64,000 nucleotides of DNA from Sedimentisphaerales bacterium (GTDB lineage: Bacteria; Planctomycetota; Phycisphaerae; Sedimentisphaerales; Anaerobacaceae), in the NCBI GenBank assembly GCA_963708075.1, contig OY970194.1:6048001-6112000 (forward strand), read 5' to 3'. Below, piece by piece: positions 1 to 11,386 of this stretch. The notes under the pieces are model-generated. The model searched no databases. It was given only the letters and a program-made list of their open reading frames with translations, and was not told the origin of the DNA. Positions within the stretch are counted from its first letter, which is position 1. Every line of letters begins with the position of its first letter. The translations under genes and the position numbers were made by a program.

Positions 1-282
1 AATCTTGCTAATATCTTTCCAAGGCCGCCTACAAGATCAGCAGAGTGGTCTTGGGAGGGGGCGGCATGTAAGTTGGGGGTGACTCACGGAAATCACGAGA
101 AACAGGACAAGTACCTTGTTTGGATTGCCGAAGAGGGGATGGAACTATAAATCCGGACATAGAAGGACTATGTAAGCCGCACGGCAAGGGGCGGTGGTCA
201 AGGTATTTTTGTGAGGTGGAGCATGGTGGAGAAGGCTGGCAATCAGGTGACGCGAGCGGATGTGCACCTCTTTGAAGGTCGA

Positions 283-2028
283 ATGGCACGGGGGATCATG
301 GTGGGCAGGACAGATATTACTCGGATTATCGGAATATTGGCAATCACGCTGCTGACCGGCAGTTCTGCATTCGGTCAATTCGTGGTTCAACCGATGAAGC
401 TGCTCGTTCCGGCGCCTCCCGGCAGGCGAGCCCCGGTGCAGGTGATGGTGGAGAATACTACCCGTGACACGGTCCAGAGCGTGGACTTGCGTCTGGCGGA
501 TATCACCCAGGACGCGAACGGCGTGTGGCAGGCTATCGAGCCGGACGCCCAGGTGGTCACTCGCCCCGACGGCGCCCTCATTGTCAACGTAGGGACGGAG
601 AGTTACCCGAATCTCGTGGATATCTCAAAGCTGCGAAGCTGCCAGAGCTGGGTGCGTCTGACGCGGAATAAGGTGGAGATTCGGCCGCTGAACCGTGAGC
701 CGGTCCAGTTGATCATCGACGTGCCGGCCGGCACGCACGGGTACTACTGTGCCGCGTTGCTGGCCCAGGCCCAACTCGGACAACAGATGGTCGAAGGCTA
801 TATGTCGAACGTCGTGCTGGAGTTCGTGGTCCCGATCATCGTGCAGGTCCAGGGTCGGCTCGAGCGACAAAGCGTGCAACTGACCGACGTTGGCCTGGAG
901 TTCCGGCCGCAGGATGAGAGGATAGAGCCCGCCACGCTCGTGAGTCTATCCGTCAAGAATGACGGCGGAACCTACTCCATGCTCCGGGGTTATGCCCGTG
1001 TCTGGGGAAAGCTGGGAGGACATTGGCGCAAGATCGCCGATCGTGAGTTCTCCGGCGACATCAGCATCATCCCGGGCGCGGACTTTCGTATGAAGACGGA
1101 TGTCGGCTGTGCGCTGGGCGCCGGCGACTACAAAGTGGAGGGATACCTGTTTGTCGATGGTGCACAAGGTTCCGGCTTCTCCAAGGAATTGACCTTTGCC
1201 GGCGATCCTCGCGTGCGTGGGCCGGTCAAGGGGCTCGGGGCATTGGACCTCGATCCGATGGAAGTCATCCTGGATATCCGGCCCGGTCAGACGCGGTCAG
1301 CCACGCTTCTGGTGGCCAACGCGTACGAGGAACCCATCGATGTCACTGTAAACGTGAGCCTGCCGGATCAGATGGTGGACAAGGCCACAGATATCTTGCG
1401 GGGCGACCAATTCGATTGCACCAGTTGGCTGAAGGTCGAGCCCCGGACATTCAGGTTGGAAGGCAAGCAGCGTACGAACCTGAAGATCCTCGCCGAGATG
1501 CCGGCCGATGCCACGAACCCGAGCTACTATGCCATGATTCGGCTGCACGCCAGGCATGTGGCGGACGGGCAAGAGGCGGGGAGAACGGACAGCCGGATAT
1601 GCATCCAGAACAAGGATACGCCCGGCAACATTCGGATCGAGTCGTTCCCGCTGCGGCTGGCGGAGTTGACGCCGAGCCGGTATTCGGTGGTCGCTCAGTT
1701 CGGCAACTACGGCAGCACGCACGTGCAGCCGACCTGCCGCGCGTACCTGAGCGCCGTCCCCAGCAACGAAGTGGTCAAGAGATTCAATCTGAGCAATGAT
1801 GTCCTCTCGCAGGGCGGGCTCCTGCTGCCTTTGGAGACCCGCAACTTCAGAGGGGTCATGGATATCTCGGGGATGGCCCCCGGGACGTATCGTCTGACGA
1901 TCATGCTGACGCACGATAAGGCGCAGAGGGCCCTGAAGCAGATCATTCTGGACATCAAGGCCACAGCGGATCGTAAGACGGTCGAGACAACTGAGATTAC
2001 CGGTGCGCCGGTCCAGATAAAACTGTAG
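283..2028 (+). CDS. Secreted protein with two tandem pilus-chaperone-like (PapD/EcpB/WxL-interacting-like) two-Ig-domain modules
   Basis: Signal peptide (IIGILAITLLTGSSAFG). Internal duplication: VVQPMKL..PG..SCQSWV..N.GG..IIPG..GDY versus LDPMEV..PG..DCTSWL..NYGS..LLP..PGTY. Start uncertain (211/283/298). Confidence 0.55.
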   Translation: MARGIMVGRTDITRIIGILAITLLTGSSAFGQFVVQPMKLLVPAPPGRRAPVQVMVENTTRDTVQSVDLRLADITQDANGVWQAIEPDAQVVTRPDGALIVNVGTESYPNLVDISKLRSCQSWVRLTRNKVEIRPLNREPVQLIIDVPAGTHGYYCAALLAQAQLGQQMVEGYMSNVVLEFVVPIIVQVQGRLERQSVQLTDVGLEFRPQDERIEPATLVSLSVKNDGGTYSMLRGYARVWGKLGGHWRKIADREFSGDISIIPGADFRMKTDVGCALGAGDYKVEGYLFVDGAQGSGFSKELTFAGDPRVRGPVKGLGALDLDPMEVILDIRPGQTRSATLLVANAYEEPIDVTVNVSLPDQMVDKATDILRGDQFDCTSWLKVEPRTFRLEGKQRTNLKILAEMPADATNPSYYAMIRLHARHVADGQEAGRTDSRICIQNKDTPGNIRIESFPLRLAELTPSRYSVVAQFGNYGSTHVQPTCRAYLSAVPSNEVVKRFNLSNDVLSQGGLLLPLETRNFRGVMDISGMAPGTYRLTIMLTHDKAQRALKQIILDIKATADRKTVETTEITGAPVQIKL

Positions 2029-2132
2029 CATGCCGCGGGGTTGGCATTTGCTTAAAGCAAGGCGCGGGATTGCCGATATTCGAACTGGCCGTGGGATGGC
2101 GTAGTTACGGCTGCTGAAAGGGACGTTGACCT

Positions 2133-5100
2133 ATGGCGAAATATATCGGTAAAACATTATCGGGCGGGGTGATAGCTCTGTGCGTAATCCTCCTGTTGAC
2201 GCCAGAGAGCCACGGCGTCGGCGGAAAGGCCATAACGCGCATCATCTCCGGAAGCGTCGGTGAGGCCGGCGTGACCATGCAGGGCTTCCCTGTGAGTCCG
2301 GCCCCCGTGACGGACGACAACGGCGTGTACAGCGTCGCGGTCAAGTATGGCTGGAGCGGAACAGTCACACCCACCAAGCCGGGCTACACGTTCGAGCCGA
2401 AGCAGCGCGCCTATTCCAACGTCATTGAAGACAAGAGCGGGGACGATTACGTGGCGACCCTGCAGACATTCACCATCGCCGGCACGACGGAGAAGCCCAA
2501 CGTGAAACTGCGCGGCCTGCCCGATGACCCGAACAGCGATGCCGACGGTCGGTACAGCGTCAAGGTGCCCTTCGGCTGGAACGGCACCGTCATGCCCGAA
2601 CTGAAGGGGTTCCGTTTCGAGCCGCCTTCGAAGGACTATACCACAGTCAACGACAACAAGATGAGCGAAAACTATGCCGCTCGGATGCAGACCTTCGCGA
2701 TCGCCGGTTCCGTCGGCGCCGAAGGGGTCGTGATGAAGGGGTTCGCCACCGAGGTGAAGACGAACAAGGACGGGATCTATCGCGTGGAGGTACCCTTCGA
2801 GTGGAGCGGAAAAGTCGCGCCCGTCAAGGAAGGGCATGATTTCACGCCCGAGTTCCAGGAGTACTCGGCGGTGACGGACAACTACGAGAACCAGGACTAC
2901 GTGGCGCACGTGTTCACATTCGAGATCTCCGGCAGCGCGGGTATGGGCGGCGTGCTCATGGCGGGCCTGCCCGGCGAGCCGATGACTGACCTCGATGGTC
3001 GATTCACGGCGACCGTGGAATATGGGTGGTCTGGAAAGGTCACGCCGACGAAGGCGGGCTACAGTTTCAAGCCCTCCGTCATCGAGATTACAAAGATCAC
3101 GGAGAACAAGCCGAACCAGGACTGCGCGGCGTCCATCAATAAGTACAAGATCTCGGGAACGACGGGGATCGGCGGGGTGAAGCTGACCGGTCTGTCCGAG
3201 GAGGTAACCAGCGGGTCGACAGGCTCCTATACGGCGACGGTCGAGTACGGCTGGAATGGGACCGTCACACCCGAAAAGGAAGGGTACACCTTCGAGCCGC
3301 AGAGCCTGTTCCTTGGCCCCGTGGAGAAGGACCTGCCCAAGCAGGATTTCAAGTCCAAGGCTGTGACATCCACCCTCTCGGGCAACGTCGGTCTTGCCGG
3401 CGTGGAGATGAAGGGCCTGCCCGGCCGGATCATCTCCCAGCAGGACGGGTCCTACACCGTCGAGGTCCCCTTCAAGTGGGATGGAGTCGTCACCCCGATC
3501 AAAGAGGGGTACACGTTTGACCCGGCCAAGAAAGAGTATACCGATGTCGCGGAGTCCGCGACGGCCGAGGACTACACGCACATGGTCAAGCAATACACCA
3601 TCGTCGGCCGCACCACGACCGACAAGGGAGCTCCGATTGCCGACGTGTTCATCATGACCGACAAGCAGGGCGTCTCGGCGGTGAGCGGCTCCAACGGCGA
3701 GTTCACCTTAAGCGTGGACCACGGCTCGCAGATCAAGATCACGCCGACGAAAGACGGGTGCACCTTCGTCCCGCTTGTGAAGGCGGTCGGGCCCGTGACA
3801 CAGAACGTGGCTAACCAACTCTTCTCCGGCAAGGTGCGGATGGTCGCCATCACAGACAGTATCGTGGTGGATGACGAGCCGGTGCAGGGCGTCACAGTCA
3901 AAGACAAGGACGGTACCTACTCTGCCGTCACCAATGCCAAGGGTATCTACTCCATCCAGGTCCCCTATGGCTGGACCGGCGAGTTGTTCTGGACCAAGCC
4001 GGGATTCGAATTCGATCCCGCGAGCGAACTCCATCAGAACATTACGGAGAACATTGACAGGACGGGCACGCAACCGGTGGCCAAGCCGAGTACCGAGCCG
4101 GCCGTCAAACCAGCGGTAGGCACGCCGGAGCCGGTTGTCAAGCCGGCAGGGACCACTCCGGGGACGACCACGAAGCCGGCGTTGACTGTACAGGAAATAC
4201 TGCGGGGCCAGAGCCAGAAGCTGCCCGAGGCCACGACGACGGTGGCAAAGCCGCCGGAACCCGCTGTGGCAGTCGACCCGGAGAGGGCCCTCCTTATCAA
4301 GCTGCTTGAGGATTACAAACGCAAGACGGGCGCCGTAGTGGACGTGAATACTGCTCTCGGAACGGCGCCTGTGATTCAGCCTGGCAATGTTCAGAGCAAC
4401 TTGGGCCCGATCGTGAGCGGGACCTTCGCCGGCAGCGTGCGCGATGTGCTGAGGCAGGTCATGCAGCAGACCGGGGCAAAGGTGTACGCGGATGCCACGG
4501 TCAAGGCCGAGCAGATCCAGCCGGTGCCGATCCAGGGCATGCCCATGGCGTCGGCTCTGCCGCTGATCCTGAAAGGCACGACCTATCAGTTCCGCCACAT
4601 CGAAGCGCCGGAGGAAGCCTGGCAGGTCTTCCGTGCCATCAGCAACAACTTTGCGGACACCGATCTGCGGCAGGCATTGCAGGATATCGGCGCCATGGCG
4701 GGGGTGTCCATCATCCCGGATGAGACCGTGACCGGACGCGTTTGGGCGGACCTGCAGGGGGTTCCTCTGGAAGTTGCCCTGGAGACGATTCTGGCCGGTA
4801 CTCCGTACGTGGTCAAGAGCACGCCGAACTACTACCTCGTAGCCGACCGCAAGGTTGACGGCAGCGCCTTTGACAAGATCAGTGAGACCCGCCGTGTCCG
4901 GCTCAACTACATCTCGCCGAACTCGGCCCGGAGCCTTCTGTCCTCGGCATTCAGTGCGTATGTCCAGGCCGAAATGGATCCGAACAGCCATACCGTGACG
5001 GTTACTGCTCCCGCGGCGCTGGCGGAACGCATCGCGGGGGAAATCAAAGCGCTGGACATCCGGCCGCAGCACGTGCTTCTTGACGCACGCATTGTGGCGA

Positions 5101-5900
5101 TGGATCGAGGCGACCTGTTGAACATCGGCGTCGAGTGGGGCATGCCCACCGCACAGTTGGGATTCTACGGAAACTCTATTGAGCGCGGCACGCGGCCTAC
5201 CGGAGAAGCTGACCCGGCCGGCAGTTGGCCCTGGGGCGTCTCGGTGGGGCTGTCTTTTGACAACACCTTCACCAACTCTCTCAACGCCGCCCTCAACCTG
5301 CTCACGTCAAACAGCAAGGCTGACATCATCTCGAGCCCGCAAGTCGTGGCTCGGGACGGCGAACGGTCCAGGATCCAGGCCATCACGGAAGAGTATTACA
5401 TGATGACCGCCCCGGTCAACCAGAGCATGTTCTACACGCAGTCGCAGCTTGAGACGATCAAGTCCGGCACGACGCTCGAGATCACGCCGCTCATCGGGGA
5501 CAACAATGACATCCGATTGGACCTGGCCGTCGAGGTCAGCGACAGCATCCCGCGAGGCCGGGGCAGCGATCTGCCCGTGGTGACGCGGCGCACCGCCCAG
5601 AACTCCGTGGTGATCCGGGACGGCGGTACGGTGGCTTTGGCCGGGTTGACCGAGAACCGCACGAGGGACACGGAGAAGCGCGTTCCCTTCTTCAGCAATC
5701 TCCCGGGCATCGGTGGCCTGTTCCGCAACAACGAGACCGACAAAGCGATGCGTGAAATCGCCGTATTCGTCACGGTGCGCATCGTGCCGGAGCACGGCAT
5801 GATCGCCGGACCGCTCCCCACGATGGGTCAGAACGGCGGGGTCATGCCGTCGGCCGGCGATTCGTTCTCGCAGGAACTGAAGGACAGTCTGCAGCGATAA
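2133..5900 (+). CDS. Secretin (T2SS/T4P GspD/PilQ family) with eight N-terminal ~75-aa beta-sandwich repeats
   Basis: C-terminal secretin motifs (ADIISSPQVVARDGERS; GTTLEITPLI; VVIRDGGTVALAGL; VPFFSNLPGIGGLFR). STN/N-domain-like region (DTDLRQALQDI..LQGVPLEVALETIL). Eight repeats with consensus ISG..G..GV.M.G.P....TD.DG.Y...V.YGW.G.VTP.K.GY.F.P, then a Pro/Thr-rich linker. Confidence 0.9.
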   Translation: MAKYIGKTLSGGVIALCVILLLTPESHGVGGKAITRIISGSVGEAGVTMQGFPVSPAPVTDDNGVYSVAVKYGWSGTVTPTKPGYTFEPKQRAYSNVIEDKSGDDYVATLQTFTIAGTTEKPNVKLRGLPDDPNSDADGRYSVKVPFGWNGTVMPELKGFRFEPPSKDYTTVNDNKMSENYAARMQTFAIAGSVGAEGVVMKGFATEVKTNKDGIYRVEVPFEWSGKVAPVKEGHDFTPEFQEYSAVTDNYENQDYVAHVFTFEISGSAGMGGVLMAGLPGEPMTDLDGRFTATVEYGWSGKVTPTKAGYSFKPSVIEITKITENKPNQDCAASINKYKISGTTGIGGVKLTGLSEEVTSGSTGSYTATVEYGWNGTVTPEKEGYTFEPQSLFLGPVEKDLPKQDFKSKAVTSTLSGNVGLAGVEMKGLPGRIISQQDGSYTVEVPFKWDGVVTPIKEGYTFDPAKKEYTDVAESATAEDYTHMVKQYTIVGRTTTDKGAPIADVFIMTDKQGVSAVSGSNGEFTLSVDHGSQIKITPTKDGCTFVPLVKAVGPVTQNVANQLFSGKVRMVAITDSIVVDDEPVQGVTVKDKDGTYSAVTNAKGIYSIQVPYGWTGELFWTKPGFEFDPASELHQNITENIDRTGTQPVAKPSTEPAVKPAVGTPEPVVKPAGTTPGTTTKPALTVQEILRGQSQKLPEATTTVAKPPEPAVAVDPERALLIKLLEDYKRKTGAVVDVNTALGTAPVIQPGNVQSNLGPIVSGTFAGSVRDVLRQVMQQTGAKVYADATVKAEQIQPVPIQGMPMASALPLILKGTTYQFRHIEAPEEAWQVFRAISNNFADTDLRQALQDIGAMAGVSIIPDETVTGRVWADLQGVPLEVALETILAGTPYVVKSTPNYYLVADRKVDGSAFDKISETRRVRLNYISPNSARSLLSSAFSAYVQAEMDPNSHTVTVTAPAALAERIAGEIKALDIRPQHVLLDARIVAMDRGDLLNIGVEWGMPTAQLGFYGNSIERGTRPTGEADPAGSWPWGVSVGLSFDNTFTNSLNAALNLLTSNSKADIISSPQVVARDGERSRIQAITEEYYMMTAPVNQSMFYTQSQLETIKSGTTLEITPLIGDNNDIRLDLAVEVSDSIPRGRGSDLPVVTRRTAQNSVVIRDGGTVALAGLTENRTRDTEKRVPFFSNLPGIGGLFRNNETDKAMREIAVFVTVRIVPEHGMIAGPLPTMGQNGGVMPSAGDSFSQELKDSLQR

Positions 5901-5914
5901 TGAGATAGAGGATA

Positions 5915-6382
5915 GTGGAATGGTGGGCCATGCCTGCCGTACGAACAGTGAGGAGTATCGAACCCGTGCAAGCTGGACATAGACACATACTGATGCTGCT
6001 GCTGATCGTGCTGGCGCTGGAGGCGGTGGGCTGTAGCAATGGGCCCCAATGGCCGGCGTTAGGACAAAGAGAACAATCCAGGGACCTGCAGGTGCAACAG
6101 CGGGTCGGCGGGCAGGCAATCGATTTGAAGGCCGACGAGGTCGTCCGCATCATGCGCCGGATCGGGCTCATCGATGACCAGATTCTGACCCTCGGTCCGA
6201 CCCTGCGCGACGCGATGCGGGCCACCGGAGCTGCCGCGCTCGTGCGCAGCGGACGGCCGGAAGTCGTGTTCGCTGTCAGCGACGAGCATCTGTTCGTCCA
6301 GTCCCGGTCGCAGGGCAGCTTCATCTACGACCTGAAGGAGAAGCGGTTCATCCCTGTCCCGCCAATGCCTGCAGAGTACTGA
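5915..6382 (+). CDS. Hypothetical lipoprotein (possible pilotin-like partner of the secretin)
   Basis: Hydrophobic stretch LMLLLIVLALE followed by lipobox-like AVGC; starts 14 bp after the secretin; followed by a terminator. Confidence 0.55.
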   Translation: MEWWAMPAVRTVRSIEPVQAGHRHILMLLLIVLALEAVGCSNGPQWPALGQREQSRDLQVQQRVGGQAIDLKADEVVRIMRRIGLIDDQILTLGPTLRDAMRATGAAALVRSGRPEVVFAVSDEHLFVQSRSQGSFIYDLKEKRFIPVPPMPAEY

Positions 6383-6428
6383 TCGCAAACAGCTTCGTGC
6401 GGTGTGTCGCCCACACCGTTTTTGAACT

Positions 6429-6457
6429 GAAAGCACCCGGAGGAGGGTGCTTTTTTT
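6429..6457 (+). terminator. Rho-independent terminator of the secretin operon
   Basis: AAAGCACCC-GGAGGA-GGGTGCTTT followed by TTTT. Confidence 0.85.
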
Positions 6458-7376
6458 ATGGCTTGGCGTCGGGGGGCGTGGCGGGCGGTAGCGGCGATAG
6501 AAGCCAGTAGTGCGCGATCCATTCGAGATCGTGGATTTCCACGGTTCCGCTGCCGTCGAAGTCGGCGGCGGCACGCTGTGCGGCCTCGGCGCTGTTGGGG
6601 TCGTTGCGGCGCCACTGCCGGGCGAAGCGGGCGAAATCCTTGAAGTTGACGTACCGGTCGGCATTCAGATCCGCAATGTGCGGAGTGACCGTGAGCGTGA
6701 CGTCGAGCTGGATCCTGCCGACGCCGAGGGCGTCGTCTCCGCCGATCTCATACTGCCCTCGGCCGAGCGTGCCGAGATACACATAGACCGGCTTGCCGGC
6801 AAAGGCGGTGACCTGGCCGGAGCGGGAGGAAGGCCCGTACGGACCGTTGACATCGTACCCGCACTCCACGCGCTCGAAATAGGAGTCCGCCTCAAGCCGC
6901 CAGTAGTACTCGCCCGTCCAGGTGTCCTGTGGCCAGGTCGCCTCGAAACGCAGGCTGCAAGGCGTGCCGGGCGGGAACTCGTCGATGGTAACGAACCCCT
7001 CCACGATGCCCTGGGCCTCCTGGTAGAAATAGGTGAACAGGTCCGTGCCCACCTCCTCCCGGAAGGAACCGCCAAGGTCCGTCGTCAGCACGATCAGGTT
7101 CGGATCGGTCTTGGCCGACGCGGCGATATTGATATCGAGCTTGCCGCCATACGGGAACTCATGCCAATACGCGTCCGCGTAGCTGCGTTCGTCAGGCAAT
7201 TCCTGGGAATCCATAACCGGCCAAGCCCCGACGTCGCCGAAGGGACCGATCCAGCCTCCCTCGGCCAAGGCTTTCGCCGACGTGGCGTAATCCAGCGTTA
7301 TGGCGCTCAGGGAATGGACGATCATCATGGAACCTATGCAGGGCAGCAGGACAAGCAGCCATCTTCGAGTTGACAT
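6456..7376 (-). CDS. Secreted protein with C-terminal dockerin-like (paired EF-hand) module
   Basis: Signal peptide MSTRRWLLVLLPCIG.., GGAGG RBS; C-terminal ADLNADRYVNFKDFARFARQW...ADFDGSGTVEIHDLEWIAHYW. Confidence 0.75.
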   Translation of the reverse strand: MSTRRWLLVLLPCIGSMMIVHSLSAITLDYATSAKALAEGGWIGPFGDVGAWPVMDSQELPDERSYADAYWHEFPYGGKLDINIAASAKTDPNLIVLTTDLGGSFREEVGTDLFTYFYQEAQGIVEGFVTIDEFPPGTPCSLRFEATWPQDTWTGEYYWRLEADSYFERVECGYDVNGPYGPSSRSGQVTAFAGKPVYVYLGTLGRGQYEIGGDDALGVGRIQLDVTLTVTPHIADLNADRYVNFKDFARFARQWRRNDPNSAEAAQRAAADFDGSGTVEIHDLEWIAHYWLLSPLPPATPPDAKP

Positions 7377-7536
7377 ACTCCAACCTCCCGACCTATTTTC
7401 GCTCATATCCGCAGCGGCACAGACGCAAAATGGTGCGTCTCCACGGCCCGGTCGTGAATACAAGGTCCGCTAACCGCAGTATAGCTGTCGGACCTATCTG
7501 CAACAAGCCGAATCCTCTGGACTTTTGCCTTCGGCC

Positions 7537-7574
7537 TGGGCGCCATGCTTACGCGAGCGTAGACATGGCACCCA
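7537..7574. repeat. REP-like palindrome (GGGYGCCATGCTTACGC family)
   Basis: TGGGCGCCATGCTTACGC-GA-GCGTAGACATGGCACCCAG; related copy at 14420-14502. Confidence 0.7.
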
Positions 7575-7662
7575 GCCGCTGCCGCCGGGTGAACACATGG
7601 CTCAAAATCTTGCGTCTTTATGGCTGCCGGGCGCGGTATAATCCGGCCGGGCATGAAGATGA

Positions 7663-9732
<2,070 letters not shown>

Positions 9733-9733
9733 C

Positions 9734-10876
9734 GTGAACGCACAGGACGAGAAGTTCATGCGGGTGGCTCTAAGGCTGGCGGAAAAGGGGATTGGCCTGG
9801 TGGAGCCGAATCCGGCGGTCGGGTGTGTCATCACCAAGGCCGGCCAGGAGATCGGCAGGGGCTATCACAAGCGGTTCGGCGGGCCGCACGCGGAGGTCAA
9901 TGCTATCGAGAACTGCAAGGCCCTTGGCTTCAAGACCGAAGGCGCGACAATGTACGTGACACTCGAGCCGTGCTGCCACCAGGGCAAAACCGGGCCATGC
10001 ACGCAAGCGGTCATCGCTGCCGGAATCAAGCGGGTCATCGCTGCGACGTTGGACCCGTCCGCTCACGCGAGCGGCAAAGGGGTCGAGCAATTGCGGCGGG
10101 CGGGAATTGAAGTGGAGGTGGGGCTGTGTGAGCAGGAGGCGAAGCTCGTCAACGCGCCATTCTTCAAGTTTGTCACGACCGGCAAATGCTGGGTGATCCT
10201 CAAATGGGCGCAGAGCATCGACGGCAAGCTCGCCTTCGTGGACCAATCGCCGGAGAGACGCTGGATCACGAACGAGGCCAGCCGCAACGACGCGCACAAG
10301 CTGCGTCGCCGCGCTGGAGCCATCATCGTCGGTATCAAGACGGTGCTGGCTGATGACCCCATGTTGACGCCTCGGCCGAGCAAGGGCAAGAAGCCCCTGC
10401 GGGTCGTCCTCGACGACTCGCTCCAAGTCCCACTGACGTGCAGGCTCCTGCGAACCACGAAGACCAGCCCCGTTCTCATCTACACCCGCGAGGAAACGGC
10501 CAAGGCAGACCCGAAAGCCGTCGAGCGGATCACGAAGAAAGGTGCGGAAGTGCTCACCTGGCCGGATACCCCCAGTGGCTCCAACCTGCCTTTCCTGCTG
10601 GAGTCGCTGAGCAAGCAAGGGGTCGCCCAAGTGCTCGTGGAGGGCGGCCCGACAGTCCTGGCCTCCTTCCTGAAACAGGACTTGGCCGATGAGATGTGCG
10701 TATACATCTCGCCGAAGGTTCTCGGGGCCGCCGGCGCCGCCTCGATCAGCGAGCCGATGGCGGACCTGGTACAAGCGCTTCAATTGAGCCACGTCAGCAT
10801 CAAAGCCTTTGGCAAGGATACTCGCATCAGCGGCATGCCTGTCCCCATGTTCCCGCCTGCGCCGGCTGAGCCTTAG
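9734..10876 (+). CDS. ribD: Bifunctional riboflavin biosynthesis deaminase/reductase
   Basis: PNPAVG, HAE, TLEPCCH.GKT.PC, KWAQSIDG, VEGG; GTG start 1 bp after the ligA stop. Confidence 0.97.
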   Translation: MNAQDEKFMRVALRLAEKGIGLVEPNPAVGCVITKAGQEIGRGYHKRFGGPHAEVNAIENCKALGFKTEGATMYVTLEPCCHQGKTGPCTQAVIAAGIKRVIAATLDPSAHASGKGVEQLRRAGIEVEVGLCEQEAKLVNAPFFKFVTTGKCWVILKWAQSIDGKLAFVDQSPERRWITNEASRNDAHKLRRRAGAIIVGIKTVLADDPMLTPRPSKGKKPLRVVLDDSLQVPLTCRLLRTTKTSPVLIYTREETAKADPKAVERITKKGAEVLTWPDTPSGSNLPFLLESLSKQGVAQVLVEGGPTVLASFLKQDLADEMCVYISPKVLGAAGAASISEPMADLVQALQLSHVSIKAFGKDTRISGMPVPMFPPAPAEP

Positions 10877-10885
10877 CGGACGCCG

Positions 10886-10979
10886 TGGACTTTGTGGACT
10901 CTGTGGACAAAGTGGACGCAGCGAAGTCAGCAGGGTGTCCATCTCGTCCACATCGTCCACAAAGTCCATGTTGTCCACT
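10886..10979. repeat. Imperfect palindrome built of 9-nt tandem units (GTGGACnnn / nnnGTCCAC)
   Basis: GTGGACTTT GTGGACTCT GTGGACAAA GTGGAC...GTCCATCTC GTCCACATC GTCCACAAA GTCCATGTT GTCCAC. Confidence 0.8.
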
Positions 10980-11056
10980 CCTTTGCTCTGCTCCCTTCGG
11001 TCAGACCACAGGATGCGGCGCCATGCCTATTGCGGCAAATTCGCACGAGAATTTGT

Positions 11057-11085
11057 TTGACCGGCATGGCGGCTTACCGTATACT
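11057..11085 (+). promoter_or_regulatory. sigma70-type promoter
   Basis: TTGACC-N17-TATACT. Confidence 0.7.
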
Positions 11086-11090
11086 ATAGA

Positions 11091-11221
11091 TGTTGCGGGT
11101 GCATACGGAGATCTAAAGGTCTCGCAAGCGCAGCCGCGGTTTGGCGCACTGAGGCACATCGCGACAAGGAGACGGGCCTACAACTAGCTCAAACTATTCG
11201 AGCCCACGTCTCCTTTTTTTA
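11091..11221 (+). ncRNA. Candidate ~130-nt small RNA
   Basis: Lies between a near-consensus promoter and a terminator (AAGGAGACGGGC...GCCCACGTCTCC-T8). No credible ORF inside. dxs has a separate TACAAT -10 at 11345. Confidence 0.45.
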
Positions 11222-11386
11222 TGCGCTCGCCGCAGCCGTTCGGGCCGCAGCTCAGCAAGATGGACGGAGATGCGGTTTTTTCACGTCGTGGCCCATTTTT
11301 TCAATCAAAACTGTGATTTCCCTGCATGGATTCTGCGCTTCGGGTACAATACGGCGGCCCTTTGAATCATTGGGGATGGGTTTGAA

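Noticed and set aside
1..150. Open frame at the window start ending at TAA 150
   Set aside because: No recognisable protein features; may be intergenic or promoter DNA. Cannot be judged without upstream sequence.
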